32,000 nucleotides of DNA from Nitrosospira multiformis ATCC 25196 (GTDB lineage Bacteria; Pseudomonadota; Gammaproteobacteria; Burkholderiales; Nitrosomonadaceae), in the NCBI RefSeq assembly GCF_000196355.1, contig NC_007614.1, forward strand, positions 1,110,001-1,142,000, read 5' to 3'. Positions 1 through 8,066 of the stretch are shown in pieces. Both the position numbers and the translations under genes were made by a program. Under the pieces are notes generated by a model. The model was given only the letters and a program-made list of their open reading frames with translations, did not search any database and was not told the origin of the DNA. Positions within the stretch are counted from its first letter, which is position 1. Every line of letters starts with the position of its first letter.

Positions 1-960
1 TATCCGGTATACCTCGCTTCGAGGCGCTTTGACATACACGGCGGGGTCGAGCAGATCGGGCGTCACCGCGACACGCCGTAGGGTTTCCCCGGCCAGCAGG
101 ATAGGCCAGATGCAGGCCAGCCGTTGACGAATTTCCGAGACAGGAATCGCCATGGTATAAATCCAGCCTTGATCCAGGTGCTCGATGGCCATCCTGATGA
201 GGCGGTCGAGAACCGGTTTGAATTTTGGCAGGCTGCTGTCATTCAACAGGTTCGCGGGCTTCAGGCCTGCCTCATCGAGAAGCGATTCGGGAATATAACA
301 GCGGCCATTGTGCAGGTCCCGGCCGATATCCTTCAGAATGTTGGTGAGTTGCAGCCCTTTCCCGAACCTTACCCCGATGGCTGCCATCTCCTCCACATCC
401 CATCGTCCCATCGTCGGCCGATGAGCACAAATCATCCTGGTCCAGAAATCCCCGACACAACCTGCGACATGGTAAGTGTACTGGTCCAGGTCGTCCAGAG
501 TGGATAGCGCTGCAAGTTGGTTACCTGACTGGCCGGGGAAGCGGTTCAAGTCCATTTCCATCCCTTCGGTGAGTACCTTTATAACCCACTGGATGCGCTT
601 CCGGTCATCGGGCGAGCACTCCTCGTACAGCCTGAAACAATCCTCTAGCCGCTGCAGAAGAATGCTTTCTCCCGAGTCTTTCTGATGAGGGACCAGCGCG
701 CTCTGAATCTCCTGAACGGCTTTCCGATCAATCCTGGCCGTCATGAATTGCTCACGGAACTGGTTCAGGTATTTCAGACGCTCTGCCCGGTCGATCAGAT
801 CCGTGTCGGCAATGGTATCGGCGGCACGCGCAAACAGATACGCCAGGCCCATCTGCTCGCGCACTCCGATAGGCAGCACATTGAGCGTGAGATAAAACGA
901 ACGGGAAACCTGCTTGAGGATGTCGTGCAGCAGTTCGTGTCTGGTGGAGGGAGTAGTCAA
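1..960 (-). CDS. Squalene/phytoene synthase family protein (Sqs-like); 3' end runs off the window
   Basis: Missing from the ORF track because it is open to the window edge. My reverse-strand translation from TTG 960-958 reads TTPSTRHELLHDILKQVSRSFYLTLNVLP..GLAYLFARAADTIADT (DxxxD) ... QLTNILKDIGRDLHNGRCYIP. These are hallmark motifs of head-to-head isoprenyl diphosphate synthases. The frame stays open for all 320 codons down to position 1. The + strand ORFs 124-984 are antisense shadows. The start codon is uncertain: TTG, with no clear SD. Confidence 0.8.
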   Translation of the reverse strand, partial: MTTPSTRHELLHDILKQVSRSFYLTLNVLPIGVREQMGLAYLFARAADTIADTDLIDRAERLKYLNQFREQFMTARIDRKAVQEIQSALVPHQKDSGESILLQRLEDCFRLYEECSPDDRKRIQWVIKVLTEGMEMDLNRFPGQSGNQLAALSTLDDLDQYTYHVAGCVGDFWTRMICAHRPTMGRWDVEEMAAIGVRFGKGLQLTNILKDIGRDLHNGRCYIPESLLDEAGLKPANLLNDSSLPKFKPVLDRLIRMAIEHLDQGWIYTMAIPVSEIRQRLACIWPILLAGETLRRVAVTPDLLDPAVYVKAPRSEVYRI

Positions 961-1397
961 GGATGGAAATTCCGGAACCGTTAACGCAAAGGGCAGAACA
1001 TTATCTGCTCTGGCACAGGAGGGCAAGATAACTTGTTAAGAAAAGAGTTGAATCCCCTCTGCACAAGTACTGATCAGACCCAAGTATCTTTTGGAGGCGA
1101 TCAGGAGCAGGGGTAATCTAAAAAAGCAATAGAATCAAGCCGATATAAAAGTAACGTGCTTTGAGGATAGGTTTTTACCTACTTAAGCCCTCGTTTTAAT
1201 TGATAAAATTGTGTCAAAGTCCAATTGGTTAGGAGAGTTTTAAAAATTAGAATTGGGGGCTGACAAGTGGGACAAAGGTCTTGAGTGCAGGTAATTTTGG
1301 AAAATTAATTATCAATTGTAATAGTTAGAGATAAAAGAGCAGTAAACAGATTTATGACAAATATTTAAAAATGTAATAGTAATAAGAAGCGGAGAAG

Positions 1398-2717
1398 TTG
1401 GTGAAGATCACTGAAATTGTCGATTTTTTTAAGACATCTTGGTATACAAAAACGGGTCTTGGTGCCGCCATAGTTTTCGTCACCATAGCCGGTATTGGAT
1501 GGCATGAATCCTTGAAACAAACCACTATTGGCCTCTTCTTCATCTACCTGATCATAGGTCTAGTCTGGGGGTGGATGAGGCGCCCTCCAAGGACTTCAAA
1601 GCATAAAATCGGATTCTTGGTCAGCATATCATGTGCGGACGATACTACAAGTCAGCAATTGCAAGAGGATTTTATTCGTCCTCTAAGACAGCTTATGAAG
1701 TCTGGAAAAACAGGGTATGCATTTCAATTCATAAATCTACCTCAGTTTCTCGCACGGGAAGTTGAAGATGTTGAGCAAGCGGAAGCGATGAGAATTCGCA
1801 CTAGAGCGAACTTCATGCTTTATGGAAATGTGCGTAAGCGTCTTATTGGCGGGAAAAGTACTCATGTAATTCATCTTGAAGGTATAGTTTTATATAGATC
1901 AATATCAGAGCTTGTGAATCGAGATCTAGCAACTGAATTTACCGAATTGCTTCCCAGAAGGATTCATATCAGTGGTGAAAACGACATCTTGGCTTTCCAG
2001 TTTACTTCTGAGTGGACTGAGATCGTTGTCAGATACGTCCTCGGCATTGCTTTTGGTCTATCTGGTGAATTGGATTACTCGGAAAGCTTACTAAATGACT
2101 CGCTCCAGCAACTCGCCAACAAAAACCAAGACTTTCCAATATACAGGAAGCTTAAAGAACGAATACCATTACGACTTTCCGAAATATGTCAAGCACGTAT
2201 CAACTGGTTGTATATGGAATGGATGAAAACTCGGGTACTCGACATATGGGATGACATTGAAATACGGCTAAAAGAAGTTCACCCAGCTCATCAGAATAGC
2301 CCTGACATGATTTATTGCGAGGCCATGCTCCACATTGTGAAATATAGGGATAGTCGTTTACCCTTAACAAAGATGAAGAAAATAGGGAAGGATGGGGATG
2401 CAGTATGGCATCTCAATATGGCATTTCTTTATGCGTACAACGGTAACTTAAGAAACGCTGCGAGGCATTACAATCAGGCAGCTTTGATTGAGATACATCC
2501 TGAGACAATCGCGCAAGTAGAAAGCTTTATGGTTTGGATAATAGAACAGGATCCGAAGCAAAAACATTTATTTTACTGTCTGGGTTTCTTCAACTGGAAA
2601 ATAAAAGGAGATGAAGTACAAGCTCGAAAGGACTTTGAGAGTTTTTTGGAGCTTCCGCTGTCTGAGGTATTTTCAAAAGAAAAACAGTTGGTACAAACGT
2701 GGATGAGTGAGATGTAG
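1398..2717 (+). CDS. Hypothetical membrane-anchored protein with an alpha-helical, TPR-like C-terminal region (orphan in an AT-rich insert)
   Basis: 439-aa ORF with a GTG start preceded by GGAGAAG. It has two N-terminal hydrophobic helices (GLGAAIVFVTIAGIGW, TTIGLFFIYLIIGLVWGWM). The soluble region starts KIGFLVSISCADD, and the C-terminus has helical-repeat-like segments (WHLNMAFLYAYNGNLRNAARHYNQAAL). I recognise no family signature. The gene and its upstream region are much more AT-rich than the flanks. Confidence 0.7.
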   Translation: MVKITEIVDFFKTSWYTKTGLGAAIVFVTIAGIGWHESLKQTTIGLFFIYLIIGLVWGWMRRPPRTSKHKIGFLVSISCADDTTSQQLQEDFIRPLRQLMKSGKTGYAFQFINLPQFLAREVEDVEQAEAMRIRTRANFMLYGNVRKRLIGGKSTHVIHLEGIVLYRSISELVNRDLATEFTELLPRRIHISGENDILAFQFTSEWTEIVVRYVLGIAFGLSGELDYSESLLNDSLQQLANKNQDFPIYRKLKERIPLRLSEICQARINWLYMEWMKTRVLDIWDDIEIRLKEVHPAHQNSPDMIYCEAMLHIVKYRDSRLPLTKMKKIGKDGDAVWHLNMAFLYAYNGNLRNAARHYNQAALIEIHPETIAQVESFMVWIIEQDPKQKHLFYCLGFFNWKIKGDEVQARKDFESFLELPLSEVFSKEKQLVQTWMSEM

Positions 2718-2790
2718 ATTAAAACGTCCAAATAGCTATCTGCAGGACCTGCCTTTTGTTGCCAGAACCGCATGCCACTATCGCAGAGAC

Positions 2791-4050
2791 TTAGGTGAGC
2801 CCTGGGACTTTCCTCGCTTTCCCTCTTCGCCTAACCCACACCCCGATCAAACCCATCCCCGCCAGCATCATTGCGTAGCTTGCAGGTTCGGGTATAAGGG
2901 CGATTCGTCCGACTTGCCCATTGAGGCTTACCAGATAAAGGTTGCCGGAAGCATCCTCGCCGAATGAGGTGATATTCCCCGAAATGCCCGTTGGGGAGAG
3001 CAGTTCGGCAGTGCGGTCGGTGAGGTCGGTAATGCCTGAGCCAGTAAAGCGGAAGGACATCACCTTGTCGTTGACGAAGTCCGCAAAGAAGTAGGTGCCT
3101 TCCAGGCCGGGGATTTCTGAGCCGCGGTAGACATAGCCGCCAATGACTGAGGCGCCATCCGCGGTATGGTTATATTCAAAGATGGGCGGCGTGTGGTTGG
3201 GAATCTGTGGATCGTTAGGAAAATTCACCAGCGTTCCCTCGAATCTGCGCCACCCATAGTTCGCTCCGGCAGCGCCTATATCGATTTCCTCGCGTGCGTT
3301 CTGCCCGACGTCACCGATGTAGAAAGTGCCGTTTTCCCGGTCAAAACTGTCACGAAACGGGTTACGCAATCCAGATGCATATATCTCCGGATTGCTGCCT
3401 GTGGCATTTCCATCCGGTATTGCATAGCCATACTGCGTGGGATCATTGGGCAGGCGATCAGATGAAACATCGATTCGCAAAATTTTGCCGAGATTGCTGG
3501 ACAGGTTTTGCGCGCGGTTACCAGGATCATCCCGGAGGCCGCCGTCTCCTGTGGCTATGTAAAGATTCCCCGGCTCGCCGGGCCTGAAGCCGAGCCACCC
3601 GGCCTTGTGATTGTTGAACTCAGGTTGCTGCACAGTGAGCACTGTTTGTCGGCTGGTGATATCTGCCACGTTTGGCTGCGTTGCACTTACCTGATACGTT
3701 GCGACTACGGTATTGAGCGAAGTCCTGTCTATGTAATCGACATAAAATCGACGGTTGCTGGCAAAGTTTGGATCGAATGTCATTCCCAGCAGGCCGCGTT
3801 CGCCCTCGGTATTGACCGAGCCTGACAGATCGAGAAATGGTGTTGGCTGCACACTCCCATTCTGGAGGATTTTGATCAACCCGCCCTGTTCGACAATGAA
3901 CAGGCGTGAGTCTCCTGCTGGCGATGTTGCGAACAAAGGGCGATCAAGGCCGTTTGCAACGATCCGGGTTTGCAACTGTGCAAAAGCCTCCGGTGCCCCA
4001 AGACCAGTGGCGAAGACCAAGGCAAGCAGGGCAGAAAAGGGTTTGATCAT
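2791..4050 (-). CDS. PQQ-dependent sugar (glucose/sorbosone) dehydrogenase-like beta-propeller protein with a C-terminal PEP-CTERM sorting signal
   Basis: Signal peptide MIKPFSALLALVFATGLGAPEAFA. GLDRPLFATSPAGDSRLFIVEQGGLIKIL and GERGLLGMTFDPNF..RFYVDY are typical of the soluble GSDH/sorbosone dehydrogenase family. The C-terminus IPEPASYAMMLAGMGLIGVWVRRRGK has the PEP motif, a TM helix and a basic tail. SD GAAGG lies before the ATG. Confidence 0.85.
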   Translation of the reverse strand: MIKPFSALLALVFATGLGAPEAFAQLQTRIVANGLDRPLFATSPAGDSRLFIVEQGGLIKILQNGSVQPTPFLDLSGSVNTEGERGLLGMTFDPNFASNRRFYVDYIDRTSLNTVVATYQVSATQPNVADITSRQTVLTVQQPEFNNHKAGWLGFRPGEPGNLYIATGDGGLRDDPGNRAQNLSSNLGKILRIDVSSDRLPNDPTQYGYAIPDGNATGSNPEIYASGLRNPFRDSFDRENGTFYIGDVGQNAREEIDIGAAGANYGWRRFEGTLVNFPNDPQIPNHTPPIFEYNHTADGASVIGGYVYRGSEIPGLEGTYFFADFVNDKVMSFRFTGSGITDLTDRTAELLSPTGISGNITSFGEDASGNLYLVSLNGQVGRIALIPEPASYAMMLAGMGLIGVWVRRRGKARKVPGLT

Positions 4051-4357
4051 GTCAACCTTCGGGACCGGTTAGAGTTGAAATCAATCGAGTCAATAGCGGA
4101 AATAATGCGAAGGCCAACTTATGTATAGAAAAGGCAAAGTTCGCTGTCAACCCGGCTTGAAATGGGCGGCGAATTCGAATCTATCGTCATTGCCAGGTTT
4201 CCATTCTGGAACAGGCACCCTCAAACCTGCCGAGATAGAAATATGTTGAAGTTAGAAGGAGTTACAAAGGAATCACCGGGCAAGCCAAAACAACACAACT
4301 TGCTATACTGAATCATGGGTGTCCTATTCATTGTCATCGATCGCGGAGGGGAGGCGC

Positions 4358-4897
4358 ATGATTCACGAAGTAAGGGGCGATATCCTGCTGAGCCATGCGC
4401 AGGTCATTGCCCACGCCGTTGCCCCCGATGATCGTTTCAGTCAGGGGCTGGCCTTGAGTTTGCGCCAGCGGTGGCCTGCCCTGGTCAAGGATTTCCATCA
4501 CTTCTGCCATACCAGGCAACCCAAAGCGGGCGACGTGTGGGTCTGGTCGGGTGCGATGAGCAAGCGGGTGATCAGCCTGCTGACGAATGAAGCGCCGCCT
4601 GGGACCGGGGACAAGCCGCCTCCGGCCAGAAAGGAAGTTTTAGAACTGTCGTTGCGTGAACTTCGCAGTCTGCTGGAGAGCAAGAGGTTTTCCCATATCG
4701 CGCTGCCGCGCCTTGCTACTGGTGCAGGCGGTCTGGATTGGAAGGTGGTGGAACCCTTGATCGAGCGCCATCTGGGGGACCTGGATCTGCCTATTTACAT
4801 TTATACTCAATATGAGGAAGGCGTTCAGGCCATGGAGCCGGGGTTGAGTCGAAATGACAGCCTCGACAGGAGACCGGATGTTTCCCGCAGGCAGTAA
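4358..4897 (+). CDS. Macro domain protein (ADP-ribose binding/hydrolase family, TARG1/DarG-like subtype)
   Basis: MIHEVRGDILLSHAQVIAHAVAPDD..GLALSL..RWP and IALPRLATGAGGLDW match the macro-fold N-terminal strand and the glycine-rich phosphate-binding loop. I prefer ATG 4358, preceded by GGAGGGGAGG, over the track start GTG 4319. Confidence 0.8.
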   Translation: MIHEVRGDILLSHAQVIAHAVAPDDRFSQGLALSLRQRWPALVKDFHHFCHTRQPKAGDVWVWSGAMSKRVISLLTNEAPPGTGDKPPPARKEVLELSLRELRSLLESKRFSHIALPRLATGAGGLDWKVVEPLIERHLGDLDLPIYIYTQYEEGVQAMEPGLSRNDSLDRRPDVSRRQ

Positions 4898-4917
4898 TAG
4901 CCTCACGCCTGATGATT

Positions 4918-4942
4918 CCTGGTTCGATTCCAGGGCAGGGAG
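4918..4942 (+). other. tRNA 3'-end-like fragment (T-arm plus 3' acceptor strand), not a complete tRNA
   Basis: cctGGTTCGATTCCagg gcagggag: a 5-bp stem, the canonical 7-nt T-loop GGTTCGAxTCC core, then 7-8 nt where the acceptor strand would be. The upstream sequence does not fold into anticodon or D arms, and no complementary 5' acceptor strand lies at the right distance. Confidence 0.4.
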
Positions 4943-4943
4943 G

Positions 4944-7358
4944 TCAGGAGGGCTTTTTGCTGGCGGGTAGCAGATGCAACGTTTGCTCGGAGGGGCCGGG
5001 AAGGAAGGGTGTGAGCCTGCCCGTCACCCAGTCTTCGTGTCCACTGCCGTAATAAGGTGACAGGGGATGTCCGCTCTGGCCGCCGGGCATCTCGAAATAC
5101 CCGCTCTCTTCATCGCCCGGGGCGACGGCAAACCGGTTCGACGCACCAAATGCAGGCCCCTGCACGCGCGGCATTTTGCTGTCTCCGGCAAGTTCATCTC
5201 CGGGCATATCCAGCCACTTTCCGATAAATAACGGTAAAGCCTGGCTGAAAGGATGCCGGATGCGGGCGGTATTGCGTTCGCCCCAGGTTCTTGCGGCAAT
5301 ACCGCCGGGTTGGCGCCGGAAACGCTCGGCTACCCGATGCGCGCACTTGCCAAGGAGATCGTCCCAGTCGGCATGCACAGGGAGTAGAAGGTGCGGGGGA
5401 CGTTCCTCTATCAATTTCCAGACCGCATGTTCCGCCTGATTCAACGGCGGCAGTTCGAACTCCGGGTATTTCTCCCGCACGACTGCTTCAAATCCGCGGA
5501 GGACGCCATTGACAACTTCCTGCCGAAAGGCGCGCACTACCCGATAGGCTGCCGAGTCCGTGGAGGCATGTCCATCCCAGTCCTTGAGCGCCTCTTGCAT
5601 TTCAGTGCGCCAGGGCGCTGCTTCGGTTCTTTCCAGGGTTTGTTCGAGAAGCTGCCGCCAGCGCGCGAGGAACAGCGCCCGATCGTCCAGTTGAATGGCC
5701 AGCATGGTGGCAGGTGTAAAATAATCGTGTTGATAAAGGGAGTCGCGGATCTGCTTTGCCCGTGCGCCGAGATCAAAGCCGCCATCCCCGAGCCTCTCCA
5801 GCATCAGGCCCTCCACGGTGCGTGCGTTCGCAGTCCACAGACGCTGGTCGATAGGATCGATGATGGTTGGATAGAGCGCGGGATCCAGCCATCCGTTCCA
5901 GCCGGTACCCGGTGCGCTCCAGTCCGACGGGAGCCGCGGATTATATTCCTTGCCCCGTGCCGGCAGTCTTCCGGCAATGGTCCATGCGGTTCTGCCTGTC
6001 CGGTCGCCAACGATAAAGTTCTGCGCGGGGATACCGGCAGTCCGTACGATGACGATCGCTTGATCCACGCTTTCCACCTGTTCCAGCTCGGTAAGCTTGA
6101 TGTCCATCGAGCCCGGTTGATGCGCAGTCCAGGCAAATGCAAGGGGTGTTCCGTCATGATCGGTTGCCGCAATGGGTCCCCATTCTGTTTCCTGGACCTC
6201 CAGTGTTTCATCTGCCGCTCCACGTACACGCAGCACTTCGCGATGTACCTCGATGCGCTTCCATCCGTCCGCAGTCCGGTAGCGCAGGGGATCATCCGGA
6301 TCGCGCATTATCCGCACCCAGTCGATCAAATCGCCGTAGCTGTTTGTAAAACTCCACGCAACATGCCGATTGGAACCGACCGTGATTGCTGGTGTGCCCG
6401 GCAGACTGGCACCTGTGATGTCGCTTGTTTCCCCCGGCCGTTGCGGGTGGGGATAGATGAAGCGTGTGCGAAACCAGATATTGGGAACACGCAGTTCCAG
6501 GTGCATGTCATTGGCAACCAGTGCCGCGCCTCCGGCCAGGGAGCCCGCCACTGCAAAGCTATTGCTCCCAAGTATATCGTCGACGTATTCGTCCGGGCTA
6601 TGCGTATCCACGGGAAGCATAAGGCCGGGATCGAGCTTGCGGAGGTCGAGTTCGCTCGCAGGCGGGATATCCGGCCAGGCAAGGGGAGGGCCCAGCAACG
6701 GAGCATCCCATTTGCCACCCTTGGCGCTAAGAAACCGGAAGGCAGCCGGAGGAAGCGCATCCCGCAGGGTAGAGAAGGCAAGTTCGCGCACGTCGCTTGC
6801 TTCTTTCAACGTGAAATACATCGCCCCGATGACCAGCAAGCTGTCTTCGCTGCGCCATGGCAGAGGTTTCAAGCCCAGTAGAAGATAGGGAAAGGAATTT
6901 GTCGTCAGCGCATCGAGACCTTCATTTACCCCATCGCGATACGCGTCGAGCAGTTCGCGCTGTTCAAGCGGCAATTCTTTCAGCATCGAGGATGCGCGCA
7001 CTCGCATCCGATGCTTGCGTGCTTCCCGGTCGGCGGCCAAGACGCGCGGTCCGAACAACTCGGCCAGCTCGCCCGCAGGCTGCCGGCGCATCAGGTCCAT
7101 TTCAAAGAAGCGCTCCTGCGCATGAACATAACCCAGCGCCCAAACCAGGTCACGCCGGTTTTGCGCACGCAGTGTAGCGGTACCGAGGGTATCGCGTTCG
7201 ACAGCCACAGATGCAGACAGGGCGTCCGTTTGTACTGTTCCTTCGTATTGCGGCAGGCTTCCACGCAATACCAGCCAGAGAATAGCAACGGACAGCAACA
7301 CCAGGATAACTAGGGCGCAGGCAAGGCGAGCCAGACGATGAGGCGCCCGCGGAGTCAT
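4944..7358 (-). CDS. Penicillin acylase family (S45 Ntn-hydrolase; AHL/aculeacin-acylase-like) protein
   Basis: 804 aa with the N-terminal anchor LARLACALVILVLLSVAILWLVL. WALGYVHAQERFFEMDLMRR belongs to the alpha subunit. The predicted autoprocessing site ..ILG/SNSFAVAG would expose the Ser nucleophile of the beta subunit. Confidence 0.9.
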   Translation of the reverse strand: MTPRAPHRLARLACALVILVLLSVAILWLVLRGSLPQYEGTVQTDALSASVAVERDTLGTATLRAQNRRDLVWALGYVHAQERFFEMDLMRRQPAGELAELFGPRVLAADREARKHRMRVRASSMLKELPLEQRELLDAYRDGVNEGLDALTTNSFPYLLLGLKPLPWRSEDSLLVIGAMYFTLKEASDVRELAFSTLRDALPPAAFRFLSAKGGKWDAPLLGPPLAWPDIPPASELDLRKLDPGLMLPVDTHSPDEYVDDILGSNSFAVAGSLAGGAALVANDMHLELRVPNIWFRTRFIYPHPQRPGETSDITGASLPGTPAITVGSNRHVAWSFTNSYGDLIDWVRIMRDPDDPLRYRTADGWKRIEVHREVLRVRGAADETLEVQETEWGPIAATDHDGTPLAFAWTAHQPGSMDIKLTELEQVESVDQAIVIVRTAGIPAQNFIVGDRTGRTAWTIAGRLPARGKEYNPRLPSDWSAPGTGWNGWLDPALYPTIIDPIDQRLWTANARTVEGLMLERLGDGGFDLGARAKQIRDSLYQHDYFTPATMLAIQLDDRALFLARWRQLLEQTLERTEAAPWRTEMQEALKDWDGHASTDSAAYRVVRAFRQEVVNGVLRGFEAVVREKYPEFELPPLNQAEHAVWKLIEERPPHLLLPVHADWDDLLGKCAHRVAERFRRQPGGIAARTWGERNTARIRHPFSQALPLFIGKWLDMPGDELAGDSKMPRVQGPAFGASNRFAVAPGDEESGYFEMPGGQSGHPLSPYYGSGHEDWVTGRLTPFLPGPSEQTLHLLPASKKPS

Positions 7359-7592
7359 GTAGGCGGATTCGCTACGGCGAAACAGCCATTGATAGCGTGC
7401 GAAATGGGTGCCGGGTGCGGATTATGCCAACAGGAGGGGATATGCAAGGCGTTTTCAGGAATTCAAAAGCTTTTCCCGGATGGATTCCATCGTCATTTCT
7501 TGCCATCCAGCCGGATGGCAGGCGAGGCGACTGCGGCCTCATATCCTGCCGTCATTTCCCGTCAGAAAGCCGATGCGGTCGCTATTCGGCCG

Positions 7593-7898
7593 CTATTTCG
7601 TCTTGCTGTTCGCCAGGACGTATTCTGCGAGACGTTGTGCCGGTTCGCCCTGAATATTCGGGAAAGCCGTCATTCCCATGCTTCCCTTCTGCACTTTCTG
7701 AATGATCGCATCCTTATTGGCCATCTTCTCGCTCAATATCATTGCCGCGCCCGCTTCGGGTTTGTGGCATTTTGTGCAGTTTGTGCTGAATATATCTTCT
7801 CCCGTGGCATCTGAAGGCGGGGTGTAAGGATCTGTTCTCGAACAGCCTACCAAGCCTGCCAGTGCGACAAACGTCAATATCAAGGTTGTGTTCTTCAT
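7593..7898 (-). CDS. Class I c-type cytochrome, lipoprotein
   Basis: The lipobox LAGLVG-C follows the signal peptide. There is a single heme motif CTKCH and a distal Met region GSMGMTAF. A strong SD AGGAG lies 5 nt before the ATG. Confidence 0.85.
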   Translation of the reverse strand: MKNTTLILTFVALAGLVGCSRTDPYTPPSDATGEDIFSTNCTKCHKPEAGAAMILSEKMANKDAIIQKVQKGSMGMTAFPNIQGEPAQRLAEYVLANSKTK

Positions 7899-7942
7899 TA
7901 TTGCTCCTGATTAAAGAGGAATTGTTTTTATACCCAGGGTGG

Positions 7943-7958
7943 ATTATAGCGCGCTATA
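7943..7958 (-). promoter_or_regulatory. Candidate -10 box (TATAAT) embedded in a perfect 14-bp palindrome upstream of the cytochrome c gene
   Basis: TATAGCGCGCTATA at 7945-7958 is a perfect palindrome. On the minus strand it reads ..tatagcgcgcTATAATcc, with TATAAT at 7948-7943, about 45 nt upstream of the ATG. I could not find a convincing -35. Confidence 0.3.
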
Positions 7959-8066
7959 CGGTCCTAAGTGATATTGCGCTTTGAGGCTTCATTCGACAAT
8001 TCCTGATCATCGAGCGGAGCGATCTGTTACCTGTTTCTATTACCTGTCACCTGCCGCTGCCCTTGG

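Noticed and set aside
124-984. Three + strand ORFs (127, 69 and 99 aa) listed in the track.
   Set aside because: They lie antisense to an uninterrupted 320-codon minus-strand frame with clear squalene/phytoene synthase motifs. Their own translations are low-complexity with no recognisable motifs.
1045-1059. gagttgaatcccctc as a second tRNA T-loop remnant that would pair with the fragment at 4918-4942 to delimit an island.
   Set aside because: It has only a loose resemblance to GGTTCGAATCC, no flanking stem, and does not align with the 4918-4942 fragment.
1002-2743. 7-nt direct repeat tatctgc at both edges of the AT-rich insert (1002-1008 and 2737-2743) as target-site duplication.
   Set aside because: A 7-mer shared between two ~60-nt boundary zones is expected by chance at an appreciable rate, and no terminal inverted repeats accompany it.
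4051-4897. A possible DarT-DarG-type toxin-antitoxin pair around the macro-domain gene.
   Set aside because: The 300 bp upstream contain no ORF of useful length on either strand. Downstream is the convergent acylase gene, and the macro protein lacks the DarG C-terminal domain.
5391-6881. 496-aa + strand ORF, and many other long ORFs opposite real genes (e.g. 23822-24607, 24989-25651, 25661-26212, 29311-30234, 17039-17563).
   Set aside because: They are shadow frames, typical of GC-rich coding DNA. They are Arg/Pro/Gly-rich, have no motifs, and each fully overlaps a gene with strong family signatures on the other strand.
4944-7358. Linking the Ntn-hydrolase acylase to the metallophore cluster by analogy with PvdQ in pyoverdine maturation.
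   Set aside because: It is 5 kb and five genes away, behind 168- and 234-nt intergenic gaps that contain their own promoter-like sequence. Nothing in the sequence ties it to the cluster.
7503-7520. Hairpin gccatcc-agcc-ggatggc, and a weaker gccga..tcggc stem (7569-7590), as the cytochrome c terminator.
   Set aside because: Neither is followed by a proper U-tract on the minus strand. They are plausible but unsupported, so not listed as features.
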